In this document: positions 52,372-64,000 of the stretch, piece after piece
Position numbering within the stretch: position 1 is the first letter of the stretch
How the letters are laid out: every line of letters starts with the position of its first letter
Assembly: GCF_036321535.1 (NCBI RefSeq)
Contig: NC_087436.1
Coordinates: 37,760,001 to 37,824,000, forward strand
Length of the DNA: 64,000 nucleotides
Direction: 5' to 3'
DNA from: Camelus dromedarius
Lineage: Eukaryota
The notes under the pieces: model-generated
Database searches by the model: none
What the model saw: the letters and a program-made list of their open reading frames with translations, nothing else
Told to the model about the DNA's origin: nothing
Program-made: the position numbers and the translations under genes

Positions 52372-55300
52372 CCACTGTAGATAATTAATCCTAGAAGAGC
52401 TCTCTCAGCTAATCCAAACATCCTAAATTTCAAGCTAAAGAGACAGTCTCAGAGTGATGAAGCCGGCTGCTCAGGATTGCACAGCAAGTTACAGAGGCTG
52501 TTCCTTGATTACTATTCAAAGGCTTTTTTTTTTTTAAATTCACGTTTTTAATTCAGCAAATAGTTAATTAAGGCATTCTAAGTGCATAATACAATACTAT
52601 GGAATGAAGAGGATACAAAGATGTATAAAACAAGATGCCTTCCCTCCCAGAGTTTATAATGTAGTTGCAAAAATAACATGTGTGCCCAGTTAACTAGACT
52701 GCAAGATAGTATAAGACCCAAGGAAATTTTTTCAACTGGATTCAACCAATTTCACTGAGCACTTAAATCTATGTTTTACTAGGTGCCGAGGATACAAATA
52801 CGAACAAAACACTTGTAATCTAGAAAAGGTCTTGGATTAAAGTTGGTCTCTATGAGGAATGACTATGTAGTATGCAGAGTTTGAGGAAGAAGTTAAGTTT
52901 CTTACTACCAGAGGTATGATTCATAGGGTGGTGGTGACATTTTGGGAGTACAGAGAAAAGGACTTAAAACATAAGTTGATTGCTAAGTAAGGCTCTTCTC
53001 TATAATATTTCCTTTATTTGGCTACTCCATTCACTGGCACAATTGCAAAATTAGCTAGCTGATAGTCGTAATTACTTCTTAAAAAAATTTTCAATGATAA
53101 AAACTCCATGCAAATAAAAATGTCAGATCTCATTGGTTAGAGTGTACTTACCATAGACTTCTACTCCCCAACACATTTCCAACTTGCAATAACATTGATC
53201 ATTAAAAATATGTGGAGCATGACTTTAGAAATAGCATTTACCAATTTATAATAATAACATTAAAATGAGAGATTAGCCTATAAATCAGTTCTCCTTTCAG
53301 CCGCACTTTAAGACATTCCATGTCTAATCAAAGTCTGTTTTCTTTTGGTAAACAAATTCCGACCCACTCTTACTTACTGAGGGTCCGAGGAGCAATCATC
53401 ATTAATAACAACTGTGTGAAACTTACAAGGCCCCCGTAGTTTGCAAGCCTCTGAGTGAAACTAAAAACATCACTTGCCAAAGCTAAAGGCAATGAGGACT
53501 GATAAATGCCAGAGCTGGTGCAGAAACAGAGGCTCTACACTCCCCTCATGCTTCAAAGTGAGAACAAGCCACAGCAACACAAAAGGAGAAGGGTGGCCTC
53601 GTCAGAGAGGATGCTGCTGATGGGCTTGCTCACACGTGGAGTAATGCAGAGGAGTCCAGGGAAGCCAGCCCTGGCTGAGCAAGAGCAGGATGACACCAGC
53701 ACGGGGCTCTCCGGGGAACGTCTGAGCCTCCTGTGCTGCAGTGATACTAGTGGGAGCCATGAAACAGGCCAGTGCTAGTTTCTTGCACCATTGCAAACAG
53801 TCAGCGGTGAAACTGGAAGGTTTTGCATTTTGCTTTGTTTGTTCGGTTTTTTTTCTGTCTCTAAGATACAGGCTTGGGGGATTTCAAATAATAGTGGCTC
53901 AAACCAGAATTTTAGCAGTAAGTTAATGGCATGGGCTGCTTTAAAAGTAAATATAAAAGTTTACAGACCAAAAGCTATCCTTTTATTTCCTTCCAAATGA
54001 AGATATAAATCTAACCCAAAAGAAGAAGTTGAGGGTGAGATGTTTTATTGCTCTGTTCTTGAATGCCAGAGCTGGGTTCTTAGAAGAAAGGCACTGGGGT
54101 GACAATAAATGCAAGTTGGACCACAAGAAAAAGTTCCACTAAGAAAATTTTTTTTTAATTTACTTGTAGAAATATTAACAATTCTATGGGGGGAAAAAAC
54201 CACTGATGTTATCTAATATTGTAACTGTTACGTTTTCATTTCCTATGTCACTAGGTGCTCTATCCCAGAGATCCATGTAAACTGTTAAGAGGGTAGACAC
54301 TGTCAAGACACTGTCAAGAAGCTGGGCTGTATGGGAACAAGGTCTCAGCTGGTTGTGTTGAACTGGGAGTCAACAACTGAGGGGCTTTGCCCAGGTGGTA
54401 ACCTCACTGGCTGTGAGTGAAAGTCATTTCCTTTTTTAGGAAATTCCCTTTCTCAGTATAAAATGAGGGGTTGGATTAAAATTCTGTGATTCAGAATAGT
54501 AACTCCCTGTACTCTTTACTTGCCTGAGATCACTAAAAAATAGTATTTGGTGAAAATGAAAAAGCGAAACACAAGAGCAAAATTTTATGTATTTAACAAT
54601 GCTTAACTCAAGAGGATTTCATTATAGCTTAAATTTAACAGAACTTTTAGCAAATTAGGTAGAATTTAAGAAATGCCTTTCAGGAGCAGTAAAAATCGGT
54701 TATCTTTCCTGGATGGTAAAATCTTCCACTATGAGTGTTACACAAAGGTTCTTTCATGCTTTCAATTTTAAGCAACAAAAGCAATCTTGGATATATTAAT
54801 GTCCAGTTTCTTCATCACATAAAACTTAAAACACACAATTTAAGCTCTTCACACTATTAAAGGCCTTTTATGCCTACCTTTAGGTCAGGATACTGAGGCT
54901 CAGAGACATTAAGTGACTCCCTGCAGGTCACACAGCTGCAAGTAGCAGTTAAAACTACATTTGGGATTCATCCACTTTGTCCTTTTACATTAATAAGAGG
55001 CTGTTGCATGTCTTTAGGAATGTCAGTTTCAATCCTGTGTATATCCTGCAAGCTGATACAGCCAAATACTTTAATGGACTTCTGCACATACCCACTCTTA
55101 GCAGCAACAAGTATGAGCAGCCTCCCCATACTCCTCCCCATCCCACTACAGACTCTGAATGATCTAAAACCCAGAGATTTAGTCTTCCAGGAGATTGCCT
55201 TCAAAGTTTGATTTAAAAGACTTGATCAAATACTGTTAACAATAGTGCCATAGTAAGCTCCTAGGACTTCTTGGATTCCTGTTTTCTCGTTAAAAAAACA

Positions 55301-55726
55301 AAAAGTAATTTTCTCTAGACCATTGGTCATCCATCGCATCAGGACACATTAAACCAAGGATTCTTAAGAATCCAGAAGGCAGAAGATAATCAGAACAAGG
55401 TCTTTAACCCAAGATCTTTAAATCAAGCTGATGATAAGACAAAGTGGTCAGCTTCTATCTTAGATGATGCAACAAGATTATTTTTCTGATATCACTGGTA
55501 TCCTGTTTGGCCTTTCTTTATTGTTATTCTTACTTGCTCTTGTACTCTGGTAACCCCGAGACTTGCCCAAAATGATTTATTGATATATTTTTACACATAA
55601 CACTCATGTTTAGAAGTTTGGCTTCCCATGCCTTTCTCTGCCACCAAAAAAGAGAGGATCTAATGGATTACTGGATTTGTCATTCTTCCACCTGATAATG
55701 CTAACAAAAATTTCATAGCTATTTAG

Positions 55727-55986
55727 GTTTTTGTTTGTTTGTATTGTTTTTCTTTTCTTTTTAAACTTTTTTTATTGAGTTATAGTCATCTTACAATGTT
55801 GTGTCAAATTCCAGTGCAGAGCACAATTTTTCAGTTATACATGAACATACATATATTCATTGCCACATTTTTTTTTCGCTGTGAGCTACCATAAGCTCTT
55901 GTATATTTTTCCCTGTGCTATACAGTATAATCTTGTTTATCTATTATGGGGGGTGGGGGTGGGAAGGGACAGACTGGGATTTCAAA
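55727..55986 (-). mobile_element. Truncated L1 3' end with 5' inversion and 12-bp TSD
   Basis: T-rich tail plus antisense L1 3' UTR to ~55946, then a ~40-bp sense-oriented L1 piece. TSD ATAGCTATTTAG at 55715-55726 and 55987-55998. Confidence 0.85.
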
Positions 55987-56218
55987 ATAGCTATTTAGTT
56001 TAGATTTCTACCAGAGAGCACATTCCCTTTCAACGGTCTCTCCAAGTACTTGAAATTTCCTCACATTATTAAGCAAATCTTCAGCCTTAGAAAAATTGAA
56101 CACTGACCACACATCAACAAAATACTTCCACTGAAATCTGTACAGCCATTTCAGTGGCCTTGACCTCACCAGGTTGAGAATAGATACTGGATCAATCATT
56201 TTGGCTGTAGTAGCCTGT

Positions 56219-56227
56219 TATTATTAT

Positions 56228-56305
<78 letters not shown>
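56219..56305. repeat. Compound trinucleotide repeat (TAT)3(TAC)13(TAT)13
   Basis: Read directly; explains the poly-Tyr ORF. Confidence 0.97.
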
Positions 56306-57239
56306 CATTTAATATTCTCCAGCCAGCTTTGTAGGAACTATTTAATTCCACTCAAGAAATCTGCCAGCCAGGGCAGGGGATTGATTGTTGACTCACTCCT
56401 TTTCTGATAACCTGTGCCCTACTTCTTATGTGGACCCCAGGCTTTAATTACTTAATATGCACAAAAATCTCTTGTGTAAACAGTAGCTAAAGACTTTCAG
56501 AGGATACCCAGATACCTGCAAAGTGAGTAAAACAAGGACTTCCCAGGAGAACTACATGGAGAAGTACATGAGGAAGTCAGGTTCCCACTCCATGTGTAGT
56601 GCATGGACTGTCATTCCAACAGTAGGTATAATTGAATTGGAAAAGATGGAAGAAATTTGTTTCTAACCCAGGAAAATGTTATTAGTAACATTGCAAGTGC
56701 TCTTGAGGTGCCCCCCAAACTAATTTCAATTTATTAGCAAGAATTATCACGGATATTCATATAGCCCTTGATTTGTCTTGGCTGGACAAGGGGTGATATG
56801 TGTTATAACTAACACTCCTATTGCACCTGTATAAATACCACTGGTTAGGTGGGAAAGTCTGTGACTGGAATTAAGGACCCAGCTGTTTTAGGGGTCTTGT
56901 TTTCATGGCTTGGATGCAGTAATCTAGATTCCTGATTTCTCAGTCATGTGTAATAAATAATAATCATTTGGGTTCTGGAAATCATCTGCACTTAAGTTTG
57001 CCTATGAAACCTACCTTGGCTCTTAGATGCCCTTGGGCAAACACTGTAGCATCGGTTGACTCAAGAGCCCATTCTACATCAAAGGGAATGTTAGGAATGG
57101 CCCTATTCTGTGAAAGAAATACATCCAAAAGACCCTTCCATACCCTTTTTGATTAATAAATATCTCCAGTCCCTTTATGAGGAATAAATAAAATTATGCT
57201 TCAGCATCGATTATCTACCTTTCATAATAAGAGTTTTCA

Positions 57240-57482
57240 TACTTTTGAAACTCTGGCCACAATAAGAAATACATTATGTTGTGACCAAGTATACATATAC
57301 ATCTGTATAAAACTGAAAAGAAATTCTTTAAAATAATGTTTACCCTTGTTATGCATGATGCATTATATGTTCTATTTTATTTTATTTTAAATTACATTTT
57401 ATTTATTTTGCAAATGCTGGATGCAACACACAAAATTGTTGGCTAACTAATGGGGTTGCATCCCAACATTTGAACTACAGTG
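57240..57482. mobile_element. hAT-Charlie-like DNA transposon relic
   Basis: AATAAGAAATACATT...GTGACC...TTTACCCTTG...AAATGCTGG...CTAATGGG...TTTGAA; family from recall only. Confidence 0.4.
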
Positions 57483-58869
57483 TGTTACCACGTGGGACAT
57501 TTTACTTATACATATTCAGTTGTGCAAAAAATTTTGCTTTTTAAAATTTTTCTTCAAATTCTCTACCCCATGCTGCCATTCATCCTGATGGCAGAGCATC
57601 TGATCAAAGAATCCCAACTATTCTCAGATATTTAAGGTTTAGACTGAATTACACCTCTCTCCCTAGGAAAACACAGGTATTTGTACAAAACATCAAGGCA
57701 GATGTTCAGAGGGGGGCATTTATAGGATGAGAACAGAGAAATAGCAAAGTGATAATCAAGGAGGGGAGTGGCTCACAGAGTCCAAAGCTGCAGAGAAGAT
57801 GAGCATAGTGAGAATTCTTAAAATATTTATCTTGTGTGATTATTGGGATATTGCTGGGATATTTAAAAATCCAACTTCAGATTAGGATTAGGAGTGAGAG
57901 TTAGAGTATAGCAGGATAAATAGAGAGACAGGGGTTTATGAAAGTAGTAACATTAAAGGATGGTACAGAGATAGGGTACAAGGATGAGGAAGTCTAAGGA
58001 TTAGTAAGAAGAAGGGTTTTCTTATTTGTTTGCTTTTGGGGGGGGGTTGTAGTACATGGTAGATAGAAATATATTGTCAAAAGAAAGAGAGCCCGTAGAG
58101 AGCGTATCATTGAAGATACAAGCCCGATAGGAGAAAATTATGGGTAAATGACTCCAAAAACTCAGAAGAAATGGAATAATGAATGTAGGTGGTAGGATTA
58201 GCTATTTCCATGAAGTAAGATATTTCCTCAATGATTAGAAGAAAGAAATTTGTGAGTATAAAGAATAGAGATGAAAGGATAAGCAAATTGTATAGTGTGT
58301 TTCATTTGCAAAATATTTTTACATTTATTAGTTCATGTTATTCTCACTAGTAAACCTTAATTCACAGCAAAACAAATTGGAGCTTAAAGATGTTAAGTGT
58401 GACCAAAGGTCACATAATGAATAGTGACCCTGCATTGCCTGATATTTCCACTACACCGCAATGATTTTGAAGGCCCTAAGACACGTGAGCCTTCTTAATA
58501 TAAGGAAGTTTAAAATGTAAAATCCATCTATAATAATGAGAGGAGGAAGAGAAAGCATATTCAGACATGTGGAATCATCAGTGTGTTTGTCAAGAAATCT
58601 CAAAAATGTTTCCTTAGATAAGAAGACACACTAACAATAACTTCAAGAAATGTAAAGAAAATGGATGAGAACCAAAGTGGCAAACTTTGAGCGAGACTGA
58701 AATGAGTGTACAGGTCCTGGTTTTTTGTTTGTTTGTCTTTCTTTTTATGGTTTGTGGCTTTTGAGAAACCCTTTCTCTCTCTGAGATCATAAAGATATTT
58801 ATTTACTTTGAAAATTGTTAAAATTTTATCTTTCATATTGTTTTATATTCAGCTCCCAAATACTATTTT

Positions 58870-59780
58870 TTCCCTTTTCGATCAAATGTATTGAGGCATA
58901 ATTAACACGTAATAAAATGCACCCATTTAAGGCATTTAACTATATGAGTTACAGCAAAGCTATGTAACTATGTAACATCACCACAGTCAAGATATAGAAC
59001 ATTTCCATCACACCCCAGGAAATTCCTTTTCCATTTCCCCCAGGCCCAGGCAAGCACTAGAAGCTCTCTTTCACTATAGATTGAATTTCTCATTTGTAGG
59101 ATTTCATATAGATGAAGCCCTACAGGATGTACTCTTTTGTGTCAGGCTTCTTTTGCTCAGGATCATGTTTTTGAGCTCCATCCATGTTATTGTACATATC
59201 AGCACATTGTTCCTTTTTTATTGTTGGGTAGTCATCCACTGTGTGAATATACCACACATTATTCATCCATTGATGGAAACTTGGGTTGTTTCCAGTCTAC
59301 AGTTATTATGAACAAATCTGCTATGAATATTCACATTTATGATGTTTTGTGGCCATAGGTTTTTATTCGTTTAGAGTAAAGACTGAAAAGGAGAATTGCA
59401 AGCTCATGGGATAAGTATGTGTTTAACTTTATAGGGAACTGCCAAGAAGTTTTCCAAAATGAGAGTATCATTTTACACATACACAGCAATGTATGAGAGG
59501 TCTAGTCACTATACTCACACTCAGACATGCTTAACACTTGGCATTAAAATTATTTATTATATGTTAACCACTTAGTGAATATGTAGTGGCACTTCATTTG
59601 AGCATCTTTTCTCGAATTGACAATTCATATATCTTCTTTTCTGAAGTGTCTGTATAAAAATATTGACTATTTTATTGGATTGTTTGCCTGTTTGTATTAC
59701 ACTATAAAAATATAATATATACAACATATTCTTTGTCAGATACATTTTTCTCAGTATCTTGCATTTCCATATTCTTAATG
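58870..59780 (-). mobile_element. Old L1 (L1M-type) 3' fragment
   Basis: TTGAGGCATAATT...AAATGCACCCATTTAA...AGAACATTTCCATCAC...TTGGGTTGTTTCCAG...CTGCTATGAATATTC...TTTTCCAAA. Confidence 0.8.
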
Positions 59781-60289
59781 ATGTCTTTAATATATATCCA
59801 CAAATTCATTGTTACACCTTCCTTCAAGAGATGGAGCCTAATCACTTCCCTTTTCATTACTAGAATAAAGTGGAAGTGATAGTGTGCAACTTTGGAGACT
59901 AGATCACACGCCCTTTCCCTTTCTCTCTTATCACTATGAGAATTTCTCTTTCCCTCTATTTTTCTTGAGCTAACCTTTAGAGCAGGGTACTGTGATTGTG
60001 GTCCATTTCTCAGTATTGATCCAAAACAGGCTTTTATTCTGTTCAAATGAATAAAGGCCACTAGAAGAAATTGCTTGCCCAGAAGAGGCAACAATACACC
60101 TCCCCTCGCTTATCACAAGGGCGAAGTCTACTCTCTGGACATTTGAAATGGTCTATATTGGTCTTCTCACCATTAGTCTTTTTCTACTTTATTCTTTCCC
60201 GTGCATATTTATTGAGTGCCTATTTTGTGCCAGCACAGTTCTAAGCACTTGGGATACTCATCAAAGATAAAAGAGATAATTTCCTGATA

Positions 60290-62352
60290 AGAATACGCAT
60301 CAGACTAGGACTACGAGGAAACTACCTCAAAATAATGAAAGCCGTATATGAAAATCTCACAGCTAACATCATGCTCAGTAAAGAAAAACTGTAAGTTTTT
60401 CCTCTGAGATCAGGAAGAAGGACAAGTTGTTCAATCTCACTACTACTATTCAACATATTCTGGAATTAGACAAGAAAAGGTATCTAAATTGGAAAAACTA
60501 TCTGTTTGCAGATTACACTGATTTTATATGTAGAATACTATAAAAATTCCACTCACACAGAAAAGTTACAACTAATAAACAATTTCAGCAAAGTTGTAGC
60601 ATACACAATTAACACACAAAAATCAGCTGCATTTCTACACACTAATAATGACCAATCCAAAAAGGAAATTAAGAAAACAGTCACATTTACTATAGAGTCA
60701 GAAAGATAACATACTTAGGGATAAACTTAATCATGGAGATAAAAGACATACACAAAAAACAACAAAAATATTGCTCAAAGAAATGCCCATGCTACCCAGA
60801 GCAATCCACAAAATCAGTGCAGTACTCATCAAAATCCTAATGACATTTTTTGTAGAAATAAGAAAAACCATCCTAAAATTCATATGGAATCTCAAGGGAC
60901 CTTGAATAGCCAAAACAATCTTGAAAAAGAACAGTGTTAGAGGCCTCACTCTTTCTGATTTCAAAACATACTACAAAGCACTAGTAATCAAGGTGGTATG
61001 GTTCTAGCACACATAGACTAATGGAAAAGAATAGCACTCAGAAATAAACTCTTGAATATATGGTCAAATGATTTTTGACAAGGGTGCCAAGAACTGCATA
61101 ATGAGGAAAGATGAAACTCTTTAACAAATGGTGCCGAGAAAACTGGATTTCACAGGCAAAAGAATAAAGCTGAACTCTTACCCTATACCATGTAAAAAAT
61201 TATCTCAAAGTGGATTAAAATACCTAAATATAAAACCTAGATGTATAAAACTCCTAGAAGAAAACATAGGGGAAAAGCTTCAAGACATTGGATTTGGCAA
61301 TGATTTCATGGCCATGACACCAAAGCACAGGCAACTAAAGCAAAAAGAAATAAATAAGACTATACCAAATTTTAATACCTATGTCCGTCAGAGGGAGCAG
61401 TCATCAGAATGAAAAGACAACCTACAGAATGGGAGGAAATATTTGCAAATCATATATCTGATAAGGGGTTAATAACCAGAATAGATAAGGACCTTCTGCA
61501 ACGCAACAAGACAATGAATAACTTGATTAAAAAATGGACAAAGAACATGACTAGACAATTCTCTAAAGAAGATGCACAAATGGCCAACAAGCATGTGAGA
61601 AGATGTTGAACATCATCACTAATCATAAGGAAATTCAAATCAAAACCACAATGAGATATTACCTGATACACATCAGGATGGCCACTATCAAAAGAACATC
61701 AAATAACATCTGTTGGTGAGGACACAGAGAAATTGGAACTCTTGTGCACTGTCAGTGAGAATGTAAAATAGTGCAGCCATTATGAAAAACAGCATAGAGT
61801 TTCCTTTAAAATGAAAAATAGAATTGCCATATGATCTGGCAATTCTATATCTGGGTACACATACAAAATAATTGAAAGCAGGATCTTGAAGAGATATTTG
61901 CACGTGTATGTTCATTGAAGCATTAATTACAATAACCAAGAGGTAGAAGCAACCCAAATAACCATTGGGATGAATAAATGAAGAAAATTTGGTATATATT
62001 CATGCAGAAGAATATTATGTAGCCTTGAAAAGAAATGAAACCTGGTCACATGCTACACCATGAACAAAACTTGAGGGCATTGTGCTAAGCCAAATAAGTT
62101 AGTCACAGAAGAACAAATATTACATGATTCCACTCATATGAAGCATCTGAAGTAATTAAAACCGTATTAACAGAAAGTATAAATAGATGTTTGCCAAGAG
62201 CTGAGGTTGAGGGGAAACTAGTATTTAGTGGGCATACATTTTCTGTCACCCAACAGTGTGAATATATTTAACATTATTGAATATACACAAAAATGATTAA
62301 GATGGTAAATTTAATGTCATGAGTTTTTTATATCAATAAAATAATTAAAAAT
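60290..62352 (+). mobile_element. Degenerate L1 (ORF2 RT/C-terminal remnants plus 3' UTR), L1MA-type
   Basis: Frameshifted ORF2 pieces (LINNFSKVVAYTINTQKSAAFL; KLLEENIGEKLQDIGFGNDF; MKRQPTEWEEIFANHISDKGL), ending in AATAAA and an A-rich tail at ~62335-62352. Confidence 0.92.
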
Positions 62353-62754
62353 AAAACACATAAAAATCTGTGCCACACATTAAAAGAGTAACCACATTTT
62401 AATGGAATCACTAACGTCAAAGGACATCCTGCTGATCAACCGTACTGATGATATCATTACAATAGGCCATTAGGAGCAGGATGTAGCTGTAACTTCCTAA
62501 ACACCTTAGTAAAATAGTTCTGTGCCAGAAAGAGATACAACCTGGGAATGTGCAGCGTCTTTCAAACTCAATGATGCTTTTTTGGAATCAGGGACATATC
62601 AGAATATAGTCTCCAAAGTGAAGATATGAAACACATATTGCTGTATCTTGCCCCACTCACTCCCCACGACCACTAATAAAAAGAGGCATAAGGCTTGGAA
62701 GGTCTTTTTAAAAGATTCAGATTTTGAAAGCTGCCTACATCACATTTGCAATGT

Positions 62755-62814
62755 ATGTATGTGAGTGTGTGTGTATATATATTATATATATATACATATA
62801 AAATATATTGTGTG

Positions 62815-62849
<35 letters not shown>

Positions 62850-62863
62850 TTGTGTGTGTGTGT
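62755..62863. repeat. Compound (TG)n/(TA)n low-complexity repeat
   Basis: Read directly. Confidence 0.9.
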
Positions 62864-64000
62864 TTCTCTCTACTAGATAAGCCATAAAGCTGCCAGCTTT
62901 GATTGGCCCTGGGCATGAGAAGTTTTTCCAGCTGGCTCACTGTAAGCATTTTCCAAACGAATGGCTGCACACCATATGCTAGCAGCAGTGTTGTAAATAG
63001 AGTACATCTGGAATAGCAATTATGATTTGAGTCACTGCCTTATTAATTTCCAAAAAATTCCTTTTTATTCTCTGAGACCAAAAATTAAGTTAAAAGAGAA
63101 CATGATAGGAAACACCGCTTCTATTGATTTCAAGTGTTTAAAGATGACATTAACATCTGTAATCGCCCAGAAAATCTATATTGCATCTGGTTAACTCTTT
63201 TGATAGGGAAGGGTGATTACAAATGCTTCCTCTTGGCACTTGTATCAAAATAGCCTTTACTTTAGAAGTTAGCAAGCCTATGTATATATTCTGCTACTTG
63301 CCAAGCATTCCTATTTTAAAATCTACAGACTTAAGCCAAAACTCCTTTTGTCACCTGTGGAGAGGGGATATGTAACCAGCAAGCTTCAGCATCCAACTAG
63401 AGCCCAGCAACCTCTGAAAAGTCTAGGTACACAGCAACTTCAATAAACAGCCACAGGTTCCTTTTGTGGAGTACAGCATAAATATCTACAAAACAAACAA
63501 TAGGCTTTTACCACAGTGTTCTTCTTTTAATGTACTCTTCACAAACGAACCTCTGGAAATTGCATGAGAACCCATTTCACTGTACTGAGATAATTCAGGT
63601 CAGGCTGCTGTGGGGTTAGGTCTAGAGTATTGTAGGAGATTTCGGTCAGTTGCCTTTCTAGTTCAGCTTAAAGATCCCCATTGACCCAGTAGCTATTGCT
63701 CAAGTTTTCTGTAGGTAGAACCTTTCTGATTATCACTTGTACCCTGCTGCCTACAGTGATAACCATGACTGTCTTAGTTCTGGTGACTGAGAGTTGCCAT
63801 TCAGCTTTTGCTACTATCATCTGCATTGAAATCAACAAGCCTGTTTCAATAGCAAGATTTTCTAACTTCATCCATAGGAAAAAGGAAGGGTTGTTATTAT
63901 TTTAAACTTACAATATAGGGCATGTTAAATATAAGTATTAAAAAGTTTAAAATTATGACTATCAAGCAAATATAAATGAATATGTATCAAAGATATTATT

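Noticed and set aside
54295..54319. 11-bp tandem duplication AGACACTGTCA x2
   Set aside because: Isolated slippage-type micro-duplication with no supporting context.
56174..56407. Poly-tyrosine ORF
   Set aside because: Translation of a TAT/TAC microsatellite.
60290..62352. Reverse-transcriptase-like ORF fragments as an active or novel RT system
   Set aside because: Ordinary decayed L1 ORF2 with stops, frameshifts and internal deletions.
40400..64000. A second protein-coding gene downstream of NDNF
   Set aside because: Only short ORFs and repeat-derived fragments; I found no coherent exon chain or CpG island. Unannotated lncRNA exons cannot be excluded from sequence alone.

Overview
Mammalian (eukaryotic) genomic DNA containing one complete protein-coding gene on the + strand: NDNF (neuron-derived neurotrophic factor, a secreted fibronectin type III protein). 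It has a CpG-island promoter with a non-coding exon 1 (donor after 2266), a ~27.6 kb intron 1, and three coding exons (29869-30056, 35622-35746, 36729-38122) that splice in frame to a 1707-nt CDS (568 aa). The rest is intronic or intergenic sequence with L1, L2, MIR, hAT DNA-transposon relics, solo LTRs, microsatellites and tRNA-derived SINEs; the SINEs and L1 3' ends resemble camelid repeats (inference). I see no convincing wholly new gene system. The most notable features are: both downstream coding exons begin with GT, so splicing regenerates 5' splice sites (CAG|GTGAGC); an old ~350-bp direct duplication brackets the first coding exon 5.9 kb apart; a Ser-Gly glycosaminoglycan-attachment-like motif is built across the exon 3/4 junction; a (GT)49(CG)8 Z-DNA tract and a G4 tract sit at the promoter; and a tiny L1 carries a twin-priming inversion. 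Repeat family names are from recall and need RepeatMasker/Dfam confirmation.
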